From the NCBI RefSeq assembly GCF_036321535.1, contig NC_087437.1:54190001-54254000 (forward strand): a stretch of 64,000 bases of DNA. The letters are read 5' to 3'. Below the pieces are notes generated by a model, which worked only from the letters and a program-made list of their open reading frames with translations, did no database searches and had not been told where the DNA came from. This DNA is from Camelus dromedarius (Eukaryota). Both the position numbers and the translations under genes were made by a program. Positions 37,006-49,724 of this stretch are shown here, one piece after another. Positions within the stretch are counted from its first letter, which is position 1; each line of letters opens with the position of its first letter.

Positions 37006-40000
37006 GGCTAGATTCATGGGGGCTTTCAATGTTGTTTCCTATTTTTCTTTTTTTTAGTTTGTAATTGCAGTGGACTCTGTTTTTGTCCCCCACCCTACCC
37101 CCCCCCCCATGAAATCTCAAGCAGATGCCCAACATGTAAAGCACATTAGAGCAGAGCCCCTCTGGTTGATGGAGGGGCCAGGCCCTTCATCCTGACTCCT
37201 TCCCATCAGGCACACCCTGCCTGTTAGGCTCCCGGTCTCACAGGCCTCCAGCCAGCCACTGGGCAGGGACCTCGGACCCCGCGCTGCCAGTGGGCTGTGC
37301 TTCCCAAGAAGACACCCCTCACTGGCCCCCTGCTCAGTGTCCCCAGCAGGCACTGCTGTGTACCCAGGGGGCCTGATATGGAATGGCCCCAGGCCTTGGG
37401 GAGGGGGGGCGCCACGGCCTGGGGGAGCCTGGGCTCAGAAGGATGGCTGAGGCTCCGGGATGCCTGCTGTGGAGGCTTCTGTCCTTGGCCGCCCAGCCAG
37501 CCACTGAGCCATGTTTGAGCACGTGAGGCAGGAGCTGCCCTGTGTTTGGGGAGGCAGCTGTCACACCTCACTTCCCCTCTGGCTACTTTTGGAGACAACA
37601 TGGCACTGCTCATATTTGTATACCTTCCCTTTCGTGAAGTTCAGCTGATCAGGTGAAGCAGGCAGGAGGCCTGTAGGCCTCCTCATCTGGACTCACAGAC
37701 TCACCCTGTCTGCTTCTCCCCCTCCTGCTCGGGGGCCGATGAGTCACTTGAATTTCTTTTTTATTTCATTTTCTGAAATGAAGATGATGGTTGGAGAGGG
37801 GAGCCTGCGGGTGGGGGGGACGTTGGGGAAACCCAGGGTTAGAGGACTTCACAGAAGAGGCCACGCTGGTGGAGAAGCAGAAAGGAGAAGGCCCTGGGGA
37901 CTGTTAGAAAGTGTAGGTGATGGTTGGGGCATTCTTTGAGGTGGAGAACCAGAGAGAGGCCTGAGATTATGTCCCTGATCTGAGAATACACTGGAGGATA
38001 CAGCCTTTGCCCAATAGCAGAGACCACACCAACGGCAGGGGCTCGGGGAGTGTGGGGAGAAGAGGTAACGCCAGGGCTCCCAACTTGATGTGAAAGCGGC
38101 CATCTTCCTGACTCCACGTCAGGATAAGTGTGCTTCACACAGTTGAGCAGAAGGAAATCTCCCTGGTCTGGAGCACTGCCCCAAACAGTCATGCAATGGT
38201 GTCATTCTCAGAAAGAGAGGAAACACCAGGCCACGGGCTGGCACTGGAGTCCTCCCAACGAGGGAGCCCTCTTCTCTTGGTCCTGGCACTAAGGAATGGG
38301 ATCCACACCTCTTCACATTTCTTTGCCTTGATTTCCACATCTGGAAATAAAGAAGAATAATAAGTAGCATCGACTTGCTTTAGAAAAAGCACTCGGAGCA
38401 GTCATGGCCATCTTAGCACCTCCCGTTTGTCCAATGTTCAGGTGCTTCACATCCATGATCTCACTGATCCTCCAGTCAAGTTTGGGTGCAAATTGCCATC
38501 CTCGTGGGGAAACCGCTGCTCTGAGAGGGTGAGTGTTCTCCCGAGATCACACAGCATGTCAGTGTTAGCACAGGTTTTCTGATTCTCAGCTCATTGCTTT
38601 CTTTTAGGTCCTGCTGCTTCCTCATCTGTGAAATGCAAAGACCTTGCAAGAGAAAGCTTGCCCCTGGTTGCTCCAAATGCTTACAACCTTAACAACCTTG
38701 ATTGCATTCACCCCACTCCCGAAACTCAGCCTTTTCCCGCCATAAAGACTGGCGCAGGGCTTCTTTGGGACAAGCTGGCAGGAGACTCAGCGATGACTTG
38801 TGCGCTATTTATCCCTGAGCCCAGACAGAATTCCTTCGGATTCCAAGGGGCTCATTTGGCTTCCTAGTTCTCATTTAGAGTCAGTGGGAAACGTTACTTT
38901 CCTGTGGATTCCGGAGAGCTTGACTCCATGACTTCAAAGACTATTCAAACACTGAGACTGTGTGAATTTATGACCTAGAGGGGAAATATGCAACGCCTTC
39001 CCAGGGGAGGTGGGATCCTTGCACGTGGCTGGCAATCACTGAGTTCAGATCCAGTGTGCCGGGCCCCTCACCTGTCTCTGAATTCCCTTTTCACCACATT
39101 TCTGAAATAAAGATGGTAACAGCTGTCTGTGAAATGCCTTGTGACCAGGCAGCAGGCACTGTATTGTGGCCAAATATTATAGAACAGATGAGCTTTGTCT
39201 GAATCCATCTCCCAAAGCATTCAAGTGGGGAATATTTGGAGGCACACACAAAATGCCATTGCTGGAAGGGGTGTTCTGGCAATTATCTAGCCAAACCATC
39301 TATTCTCTAAATATATGCTTTGTTCACCACTTTCAAGGAGAGATGGTCCAGCCTCTGCTTGATTGCTTCCAATAATGGCAAGCTCACCATTCCAGAAGGC
39401 AGCTCATTTCTCTGTTGTACATCTCTGCCTTACAATGGGTAGGAAGCCGGTCCCCTTTAATTTTCACCCGTTTCATCTAGCGACTCCCCAAAGGAAATCA
39501 AGCTTCTACCCCGACTCTATCCTTTATATATAGGATATACTTGAAGGTGGCTTTAATGGTCTTTCTTTCAAGGGAGCCCATGTGTGCTGCATGACCTTGT
39601 GTGGATGCCATGTTCAGAGAAAGTGGGAAGGTGGCAGCGAGGCACTGGGCTCTGCCTGTGTCTCTTTCAGCCCTCGAGGACTAAGAATGAAGCCCCTCCT
39701 GCACCCCCTCACATTCCTGACTCCAGCAGGTGCCTGACAGCCTGTCCATTTTACTGTGCAGCTTATCAGTCAGAGAGCTGGGTGTTATACTGCCACATAA
39801 GGACAGTCAAACATTAACAAGAAAATTTAAAAAGGAAAGAAGGATTAATTAGGCAGAGGATGGAAAGCTTCTCTGATGGTTTCGGCACTGAGGCAGAAAC
39901 AAAGATGCTTGCTCTGTCGTGTGCACCTGGGGCCCTTGGAAGGGATCTCTGTCACAGATGGACTAGGCTTCTGTTTAGTCATCTAGGGATTAGAAGTCAC

Positions 40001-41089
40001 TGGTCCTTCCCCGCCACACACAATCCTCAAGACTGCAGGCTTATACAGAACAGCATTTCAAAGACACCCAAAAAAGAGCCCACGGTGAAGAGTTTCTGAT
40101 AGCTCAAATGCCTGATATTCTAGGATTCATTTTGTGTTTGAGGAGCAGAGTTGGGAAAGATTAAGGGATTTGATTCTAAAAGCCTGGGTTTGGGTACAGG
40201 CTCTGTTGCTTCTTGGTTATGTGACTTTTTGGGCAAGTCACATCACTTCTCTAAGTCTCAGTTTCTGAATCAGTAAAATGGAGGAAAAAAAAAAATTCCT
40301 AAACTATGGGGTGTGTGGTTCTGTGTGTGTATATGTTTGCTTGCACAAGTTCACTAATGTCGGGATTAAATGGGCTAAAGTTTCTCTTGTAAATTGCGTT
40401 CACTGTTGTCAGCTTCAGAATGGTCTGCCCAAAAGTCCTTTTCCAGTCGTCCAAGATGTCAAGTGCTAGTTTGTAAGGTGACAACTTTTTCTTGCATCCA
40501 GTTTTTTTCTTTTTTTTTGGAAAACTAGATTATATAAATAGGTTTGAGTCTTTATCCACCAGTCAATATACGTTGAAGAGTATAGCACAGCTCTTTAGTG
40601 CTTTGATAAATATTGGGAAATTGAATCCTTGTCTTTCATTTTAGTTTTAAATCTTAATAATCTACTACAGACTCACACTCATGTATCTTTGTAGTTTGAA
40701 CCTCAAGCCACCAGGAAAATATCAAGTTACATTCTAAAGAAATCACACCCAACTTAGGACCTTTGCTGTTGTTTTTGTTTCCATCCATTTATTCATCCAC
40801 CCATTAATTCATCCATTCAATGACCGTGTTTACTATGCCTCTGCTATATGCTGTGAGGTATTCAGTGTGATCCCTTATCTAAAGAGATCACAGTGTAGTT
40901 GGGGGTTTGAGAACGGCACACACACAACAGCAATGTGGAAAGTGAAGTAAGTACTCGCGACATTTACAAGCACGCTGCTTTGGATGTGTGAAGAGGAAGA
41001 CCTCCTTCTCCCCACTAGTAGGAAGAGGGGGGAAGGTTTAGCATAGCCTTAGCAGTTCAGACAAATAAAATTAAAGTTAAAAGTCACAT

Positions 41090-41305
41090 TCAGTGATAGA
41101 GCGTGGGGATTTGGAGTCCCCCTGGGCTTGGTTCCTAGCTTCCCCATTTCTTAGCTGTGTGGCTTTTGGCAATTTTCTCGGCTTTTCGGCAATGAGAACG
41201 TGGTAGTACCTGTCTCACGGAATTGTTATGCAGGTTAAATGAGATAATGCAATGTCCGACCTGTAGTAAGAAGTCAGTAAATGTTAGTTGATGTTGTTAT
41301 TATTT
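41090..41305 (+). mobile_element. MIR SINE
   Basis: AGTGATAGAGCGTGG...TTAGCTGTGTGGC...GTTAAATGAGATAATGCA...TAAATGTTAGTT. Confidence 0.75.
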
Positions 41306-41567
41306 CACAGAAGGTAGAGGCTGAGGTGAGCCTCTCTGGATGAATAAAATTTCAAAAGATGGAAAACAAGGGTATTCCAAACAGAGAGAACAGTCTGAAC
41401 AAAGGTTCAGGGGAAGAAAGTTTGCAGAGGAAGATGTCCAGCCTTGTGAGTTTATACAGTGCAGTGTGTGGGCGATCATGGGAATGGGTGGAGTTAGTGA
41501 TGGTTGGACTTAATGGCCAAAGAAGTAGGTCACCAATCTTGGAAGGCTAAGGACTGATTTGGGCAGA

Positions 41568-42533
41568 TAAGGGTTTCCAAAGAGGAGTGCATGCTCCTAG
41601 GAGGGTGTGCAAATCATACCAAAATCTTCATTTCTATTTACTTTTATTTACATAAAAGTAGAATTTTAAAATGCCTATTATTTCTTATATAGATTTTGGG
41701 GGTTATTGTTAATGGAGGTACTGGGGATTGAACCCAGGACCTTGTGCATGCTAAGCACGCACTCTACCACTGAGCTATATCCACACCCCATATAGACTGA
41801 CTAAGGGACCCATGTCGGATCCCTGAATCAAATGATGGCATGTCACATCTCTAATTAAGGTTATTCTGAGGGAGGGGTAGGGATTCTATGCCATAGAGTG
41901 TCCAAGAGGTACCCACGCTGTCATTTTCATTTAGCAAGTTTCTTGGATTTATGGAATCTTTACCTAGATTTAACTAAATAAATTTACATAAAATGGACAA
42001 GAGGTCTTAAAAAAATTCCTGCAAAGAACTCATGAACTGAGAATAATTCTTATAACAAACACAAGCAAACAAGAAAATGGCAGAGCTGACTTTTCTCCTA
42101 TTCTTAGCTTGCAGCTGGCCACATTCCAGGGGTTAAAGCCAATGATGATCTAATCACATACAATAAGCTGTAGACAAAAAAAAAAAAAAAAAAAAAAAAA
42201 AGAAGAAGAAAAGAAAATACCTTTAAAATTCTCAGGAAGAATGATGCTTGAAATACGGGTTTACATTCACTGTGATTAATGATGAGCTCTGCCTAGATTG
42301 TGTCTTGATGGTCTGGTGTTATGAGATTAGCATACATCTTAAAGTATTCTTTATTTCATATTTATCTCTCCTTTCAGAATTTCTATTTTTGGTTTATTTT
42401 TATAACATGCATAATATATTGGCATGGTTTGACACCCATGCATATATGTGTAATATAAATTTATTTGGGCACACAAACTATTAATCTTTTTAACCAGTGG
42501 GGCTACAGACTCAGAAAAGTTTGGAGACTGCTG
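41568..42533 (+). mobile_element. Charlie4-like hAT element, internally deleted, with decayed transposase N-terminus
   Basis: Termini GGTTTCCAAA / TTTGGAGACTGCTG; ATGGACAAG start region; peptide (L)KYGFTFTVINDE..C at 42248 resembles the Charlie/Buster BED-finger region. Confidence 0.7.
41694..41789 (-). mobile_element. Camelid tRNA-derived SINE (vic-1-like) inserted in Charlie element
   Basis: Reverse of TATAGCTCAGTGGTAGAGTGCGTGCTTAGCATGCACAAGGTCCTGGGTTCAATCCCCAGTACCTCC; TSD ATATAGA 41687-41693 and 41790-41796. Confidence 0.9.
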
Positions 42534-42999
42534 GCTGGGGCCATGGGAAACCATTACTGGAGGCTCTTCCAAAGTGGGAGGCATGATCAGAGCTGTGTTT
42601 GGGGTGATAAACTTGATCACATTTTCTCAAAGAGAAAAAAAAGAGAAAAGTGTTGCACCAGGAATCAGGGAGGTGGAGTCTGGAAGGGAGTCATTCTACT
42701 TGGCTCTTCCTCTTCCAGAAATGTTGTTTTCTCTTCCCTATGAAGGTAAACCTCGGACCTCCTCCAACCACCAGCAGGAGGTCTGCAGGACAGGTTCCTG
42801 AGCCAGGCTTTCCCTGGCTGCCTGCACAGGACAAAGACTGCCTAGAACAGCCTTCGGCTGCTCTCCTTTCTTCCACAATTCTTGCTTTAGAAGCCAAGCC
42901 TAAGACAGTCCTCAGCTTTGACCAGCAGCACAGGTGTCTGACACTGTCAGGTGACATGAGCGCTCCAGGCTTTCCAACCTGAAGGAGGCAGGATTTCGG

Positions 43000-43240
43000 A
43001 ATGGTGAGAGGCAGAAGCTCTGGAGTCAGACAGCCGACGTCCAGTTCTACCAGGTATTCCTGGACTCACCTTGGCTGGTCACTTACTTTCCTTATGCAGC
43101 AGTTTCCTCGTCTGTAAATTGAGGTTAACCATCCTACCTCTGTGGTACTGGTAAGGAGTAAATAAGACAATGCGTGTAAAAGACAGAGAATGCTTTTTGG
43201 CATAGAATAAATTCCCAAGGAATGTGAGTTCTTCTCATTA
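43000..43240 (+). mobile_element. MIR SINE
   Basis: GCTCTGGAGTCAGACAG...CAGTTTCCTCGTCTGTAAATTG...AAATAAGACAATGCGTGTAAA. Confidence 0.75.
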
Positions 43241-46200
43241 CAAAGGAATGAACTGGAGCATGGTCTGAAGGGCCCCAGGGAAGAAACGAGGAAGGAGGCT
43301 TCCAGGAACACAGATCCTTTAATCTCCTTAAAGCAATATCCAAACAAAAGTATAACTCTGTGGAAGCCAGCGTGCTCAAGGTTGCCAGTTTGGGGGGGGG
43401 GGGCGCTAAGATGGTAGTCTCTGAGTCACCCTCTCTCCCTGACTCATCTGTCACCTCTGTCATCTCTGGCTATTGCCACAGTTTCTTGTGAGAAATTACT
43501 AAATAAACAGCCTGTGCAGTAATGCCTGGGTGACTAGGTGAACCCCGGGCATGAGGCCAACTCTCTGTGCACTTTAAATATCCTTAGGTTTAGTGGGCTC
43601 TGCATGATTTAATTTCCTTAAAGAAAAAAAAATGCTAATAATCTTGCTCAGGAGGACTAACAAATGCAAAGTTAACATTCTAAGGCCTTAGAGGGTGAGA
43701 TTTACCCAAAGCAAAAAGATGTGGTGGGTGGCAGGAGTAAACCCTGCTCATTCATAGCCATGTCTTTTTGTTTCCAGATGTAAGCAAGAGCCTGGAAGTC
43801 AAGGATAGATAATCATGGTAAGAGTTAAGTCACCGTGCCAATATGCTCATTTACACTGGGCTGAAGAATTTCCCAAGTGCTTTCTGATAGGATGATACCA
43901 ATGATGATGATGATGAATTCTTTTACCGGGCCCTTTATCACCTCCTTTCTCTTTCAATCTCCCAGCAGTTCCTATGGATGTATTATGATCCCCATTTTAC
44001 TTGTGTCAAAACTGAGGCCCAGAGATTTTGAAGAACTGGGTCCCAATCACACAGCTGAACAGTAGCAGAGTCAGGTGAAAACGCAGTTCTTCCAGCTAAA
44101 AGTAGAGTCTTCTTTCCACTCTGCCACTGCTGCCTCCCCATTTTGTTCATGTGTGATCTTCCTAAAGCACTCCAGATCCCTTTGGTCTGGAAGGAAGTTT
44201 CCTTCTCTGTCAGACCTCCTGTCTTTCCCAGGCAAATCTGGCCATTGCAGTAACACCACTTTGTCAATTTCTCTGTGACAGCGTGCGTTACACCACATGC
44301 TGATGATCTTCTTATATGTGTCTCTCCCACGGGGCTGAGATGTCTGGAAGAACTGGGATGCTATCTGACTCATCTGGGTATGCCCAGCACCTAGCTCAGA
44401 GCCTGCTATGTGGCAGATGCTTATTGACTGAATGAGGAATAAATGAAGGTCTCCAAACTAAATGTCCATAACACTCTTCTCTGCCTCTTCTACTTTTATC
44501 TGTCCTTCTAATCCCAGCTTAGGGCCCATGATGTGATCCATCTCTTCTGAACCTCTATAGAACCATAAACTCTCAGCCATATCCTTGGAGTGTATATATC
44601 TTATCTATCTTTAAAGGGTTCTCGAGGGTAGAGATTACTTCTGAATGTCCAATGGGTCCTTCATGGGATCTAGGCCAATTCTAGGTAGAGTGGGTGTGTG
44701 GTGAGTACCCATGCCCACATTCGCATGGTTGCCTGCGCTTTGTCAAGAGCTGGTGGAACAGGTTGGTGGCAAAGCCCAAGGTGTCTTGGCAGAGAATTAA
44801 TTGGTAAGAGACAGAAGAGCAGATGGCCAGGAGCCCAGTCTTTACCTGCCTTATCAGCATGCCCCTTTCACAATCACTGAAACTGTGTCTCATGGACACT
44901 TTTGCACATGGGCAATTTCCTGAAGCCAGATAATGGATCTGTGAAGTGTTCAGGCTTTAGGGTGAAAAGTTATCACTGCAATTTACTTGCGTAAAAATAT
45001 GTGAACCAGAGGGTCATTGTCAGGAAGGAGCAAATATAAGGGATTCTGTGAACCAGTTAGATGTGAAAAGAAACAAACCAGGAAACTGGGACATTGAGCT
45101 AGTTAATTAGTGAGATGGTGAACTAGTCAGCTAGTTTGTTTAAATGGGGGAGGAAGACTGTGATTAAAAATAAACTCATTAAAGGAAGTAACCACCACCA
45201 ACTTGTTCAAGTTCTCATCTCTTTTGGCCTAACAGTTCCACTGTTGGAGAGTTATGCTAAGAAAATAATCCAAGACTAGGAAAAAGGATGACAGGAAAGT
45301 GCCCAAAGAGGATTATTGATAATAGAAGTAAATTAGAGGTAACATAAATGTCCCAGGACAGTTTTGAAATGACAATGTGTTCGCTGAAGTTATATTTTAA
45401 AGCTATTCAAATAGGTCATTATAAAGACCACGTTAGAATTGCTCATTGTGTGGCACTTATGACAAAGATTAGAATGCAAAATTATATTTCTGCTGCATGT
45501 CCAACCCTGTGAGAATATATGCTTTTTTGGAAAAGACAGGAAAGAATGGAAATAGATGATTTATAAAGATAGTAAGCTTGTGGGTGGCTTTTTATTTCCA
45601 TAATCATGGTATTATGTATTTGTATAATATAAAAAAAATTTATGTTAATCAGATATTTAAAAGAAAAGCACCTTAACATAAGGTACGTTGCGCCCAACAG
45701 TCATTTCAAAGAAGCCAGACGTTAGACACGCTCCTTTCCACACCCTCATCTTCAAACACAGGTCCAGTTTAGATTTCTTTCACTGGTAACAAGTTTGAAA
45801 CCGAACCGTGTACTTGAAAGTCAGAAAGACTTTGGACCCATAACTATAGATATGGATAGAGCTATGGATACACAGATGGGTGTGGGTATAAATCCCCTTG
45901 AAAGATAGACCTCAAGAAGCTTCCCGTGTATCAAATGCCTCATGCAAAGTGATGCCCTGTGTATGAAGAGTGGAAAGATTATGAATGTGGGGATTTAAAT
46001 GCTCTTCAAAATGCATGAGAGATTAAAAATCAAGGGAGACCATGTTTAAGGGATCCAAGTGGGAAAAAATTCTGGTCTTACTTCCCAGTGTTTCCCAGAT
46101 ACCCAGACACCATCCGTCTTTGTCAGATCTCCTTGTCACTTGGTCTTGGCGATTTGCTGCCAAACATCATAGCAATTGGAAAACCCAGATATCTTTGAGT

Positions 46201-47427
46201 TGATGGAAGTTAGCAGTCTGTGTTCTCAATAAGTACCAAAGTCAACAATAACAAGGAAATAATCACAATAAAACCAGAAACACTCCTCGCCCATCCTTAA
46301 AGACCTGGATACCTGTCTTTCAGAAGCCCTATTTTTCTAGCTCTCAGAAAGAAATTTCAGGGATTTTGGGGGGGGTGGAGGGGGGTGGTACTCAACACCA
46401 GATGATCCCATTCATCCATGTACCTCAAAAAATAGCAACTGGATTTGTTAATAAAATGATTAAAGCAATATTAGATTAAAAATGAACCAGTAAGTTTTAC
46501 ATATCACTTTGAAGTATTGTTATGGATCATATGTTATAAAGTATCATGACCACAGAAATTCCTTCTGTATCTCTATTGCCTACATCACAGTTTTCACAGG
46601 CCTTTAAAGTTCTAGTGCCCACGGTAATTTTTTTTTCCATTTTTAAAAAATATTAGAATATTATAACAAAAAACTGAATGTAACAGTATATTGCTCAATT
46701 TATTCAAATTTCTCTTTAATAGAGAACTTATCTTGATCTGTAATAGCCAGAAAATAGATTCCATAGTTAGTTTGGGGATTATTGATATATGAACTGTCCA
46801 TCTCATTATCTTTTCTTCTGATTTTATTGTATTTTATTGGAATATCACTTATATTGCATATTTGACATAGGACTTTTTTTCTTGAGAAAAACTATTTTCT
46901 CTAAATAAATAAAAATTTACAGGTGAAAACATCAACTTTGATCTGTTTGGTTGTATTAGCTTTCTAATAGTATTAACAGCAAGCAATAATTCATACAGAA
47001 TAACAGAAGATAGGCAAATTCAAAATTAATTATATTTTCCTTCAGAGACCATAATCCAATGTTTCTTTGAGAAGCTTTTACTGTTTCACTTCTTTCTTTT
47101 AGCGTATTTCATATCTTATTTCTATTAAATCTAATTGCTGTAATAGTGTTCCCCATTATGTATTCAAGAATTCTTGTTGGGTCAAATATGATGTATGTTG
47201 CTCTATCTTTAGACAGATCAAAAATAAAAAAGAAATATAATCTTTGAATTGTTCCAAAGTACGTGATTTCAATTATCACAATTGAGGCTCATCTTCCAGT
47301 AACAAATTTAAACTATGAGCCTTATATAGCACAAAGAACACTTTGGATTTTGGGGTAGAATCCCAGTTTATAAACTTTTTTCCTTATCATCCATGTTGGT
47401 GTCATTATAGGCTGGCCTTTGGCAAAC

Positions 47428-47852
47428 TTTTTTTTTAACCATTTCATTGAGATATAACTGACTTACAAAAAGTTAGGAGATAAGTTATCCATCAATGAAA
47501 CCGTCACTACTATCTATGTCATAAATATATTCATCCCCTCCCATGGCTTATTTTCTACTATTATTTATGATTATTATTATTATCATTGTTGTGATTATTA
47601 CATGTGTGATAAGAACACTTAACATAATATCTACCCTCTTCACAAATTTTTAAGCATACACCGCAGTATTGGTATAGTTGGCACTGTTGTACAGTAGATC
47701 TCTAGGACTTATTTATCTTACATAGCTGAAACTCTGTACCCTTTGACTGATACCTCACCATTTCTCCTGCTCCTCAACCCCTGGCCACCACCATTCTACT
47801 CTCTGCTCCTATGTGTTGGTGTATTTCATATTCCTCATGTAAATGGTTATCC
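47428..47852 (-). mobile_element. L1 3' end (L1MA/MB-like), non-inverted part of a 5'-inverted insertion
   Basis: T-tail, TTGAGATATAACTGAC, TGTTGTACAGTAGATCTCTAGGACTTATT, CCCCTGGCCACCACCATTCTACTCTCTG. Confidence 0.85.
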
Positions 47853-47858
47853 TGTCCA

Positions 47859-48227
47859 GATGGATTAAAAACTTAAGCATAAAATCTGAAACCATAAAAC
47901 TCCTAGAAGAAAGTATAGGGAGAAATCTTCTCGACATTGGCTTTAGCAATGATTTCTTGGATATGACACCAAAAGCACAGGCAACAAAAACAAAATAGAC
48001 AAGTGGGATTACATCAAACTAAAAAGCTTCTGCACAGCAAGGGAAACAACAGAATAAAAAGGCAACCAACAGAATGGGTGAAATTGTTGCAATTCATGCA
48101 TATGATAAAGGGTATATATCCAAAATATATAAGAAATTCCTACAACTCAATAGTAAACAACAAATAGTCTCATTTAAAAATGGGCAAAGAAACTGAATAG
48201 ACATTTCTCCAAAGCAGACTTACAAAA
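47859..48227 (+). mobile_element. L1 ORF2 fragment, inverted part of the same insertion
   Basis: Translates WIKNLSIKSETIKLLEESIG; ACATCAAACTAAAAAGCTTCTGCACAGCAA; TGAATAGACATTTCTCCAAAG. Confidence 0.9.
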
Positions 48228-48301
48228 GGCAACTGTTTAAATAAATGTCAATAGCTGAAAAATTTTTTTACTTTTTCACTTAAATCAAAACCTATACTTT
48301 T

Positions 48302-48503
48302 CAAGGACCTAATGTATATCACAGGGAATTATATTCAATATTTTGTAATAGCCTATAATGGAAAAGAATCTGAAAGAGAATATATATATACACATATGTA
48401 TAACTGAATCACTTCGCTGTACACTTGAGACTAATACAGCATTGTCAATCAACTATACTTGAATTAAAAAATAAATAAGTAAATAAAAATAAAATTTTTT
48501 TTT
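48302..48503 (+). mobile_element. Short 5'-truncated L1 3' end
   Basis: CAAGGACCTAATGTATATCACAGGG...TAACTGAATCACTTCGCTGTACAC...A-rich tail; TSD CCTATACTTTT at 48291-48301 and 48508-48518. Confidence 0.9.
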
Positions 48504-49189
48504 AAATCCTATACTTTTTTACAAGAGTAAAACCAATAAAATTAATTGTGTCTCCCTTTCTTTCCTATCTGGTATAATTCAATGACATATATAATTGTTA
48601 GTTGTTCAGGATGACTTTTGCCCCTAAAGTAATTTAGTTGTATGGACAATATATGCTTGTTAAAATTTTACAAATTTTTTTGCACTTTACTACCCACTTA
48701 ATTAATAGTCTCATATTGAAATTGCTATCCCAAATAATGAAAATAGATTTTGTTACTTTGAAATCTGTCTTCCGTGTTTGGGACATTCTAATACTTCATT
48801 CCAAATAATTTCTACTAGATCCAGAAATTTTCCTGAAATAATTGATCCATTTGTGCTGTGAAAAGGATCATTATGTTTGGCTAATTATTGGCTAAATAAT
48901 ATTATTCTCAACACTTCGTACTAACATTCAAGCATTTGCTTTATCTTTGTTGTATTTTATCAACTGCTGTATTTTTCCCAGCCTTTTTTTTTCCCTCAGT
49001 AGACATAATCTTACACAGGCTTTTCTGTGTGCAAGTCATTGGCTTATTTTCATTATTTCTATTCTAAAGAATTAGGCAGACCATCTCTGTATTCCTTTTC
49101 TATTCAAACTTTCTTCTTTTCTTAGGTTCTCCTGTGCTTTTTCTATTTCTGTTATCCAGATGTGTTCTCACTTTCAGTGATCTAAAAAA

Positions 49190-49388
49190 ATGTGCTATTC
49201 AACATCATCGCCACTAGCCACATGCAGATATTTAAATTTAAATCCGTTAAAATTTAATAGGAAGTAAAACTAAAGTAAAAATTCCTCTGTTGCACTAGCC
49301 ACGTTCCACAGGTTCCACATCTTCCATTTTGGCAGCACAGCTATGGAACATTTCCATCACAGCAGAAAGTTCTACTGGGTAATGCAGA
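49190..49388 (-). mobile_element. MER3-like (hAT-Charlie) MITE
   Basis: GCCACTAGCCACATG...TTGCACTAGCCAC...GAACATTTCCATCACAGCAGAAAGTTCTA. Confidence 0.8.
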
Positions 49389-49577
49389 GCCAGAGGATTA
49401 CAAAACAAATTGTTACCTGTATTCAAAGTGTCTAAAATTTGAATTTTTTTCATCAAAAATGTACATGAAAGTAAAGGTAGTAAATGTAAAAATTAAAATT
49501 ACTTTCCTTACACATTTGCAAAAAAAGTTCTTCAAAAATATCTTAACTATCAAAAATTATGAATTAAAAGTAAAAAG

Positions 49578-49724
49578 AGGGGAAGGGTATAGCTTAAGCA
49601 GGAGACAGCATGCTTAGCATACACGAGGTCCTGGGTTCAATCCTCCTCTAAAAATAAATGAATAAATCTAATTACCACCCCCAATAAAAAATAAGTAAAT
49701 AAAAAAATTTTAAAAAGAAGTTAA
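49578..49724 (+). mobile_element. Camelid tRNA-derived SINE (vic-1-like)
   Basis: GGGTATAGCTTAAG...CATGCTTAGCATACACGAGGTCCTGGGTTCAATCC, A-rich tail; TSD AAAAGTAAAAAG at 49566-49577 and 49725-49736. Confidence 0.9.
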
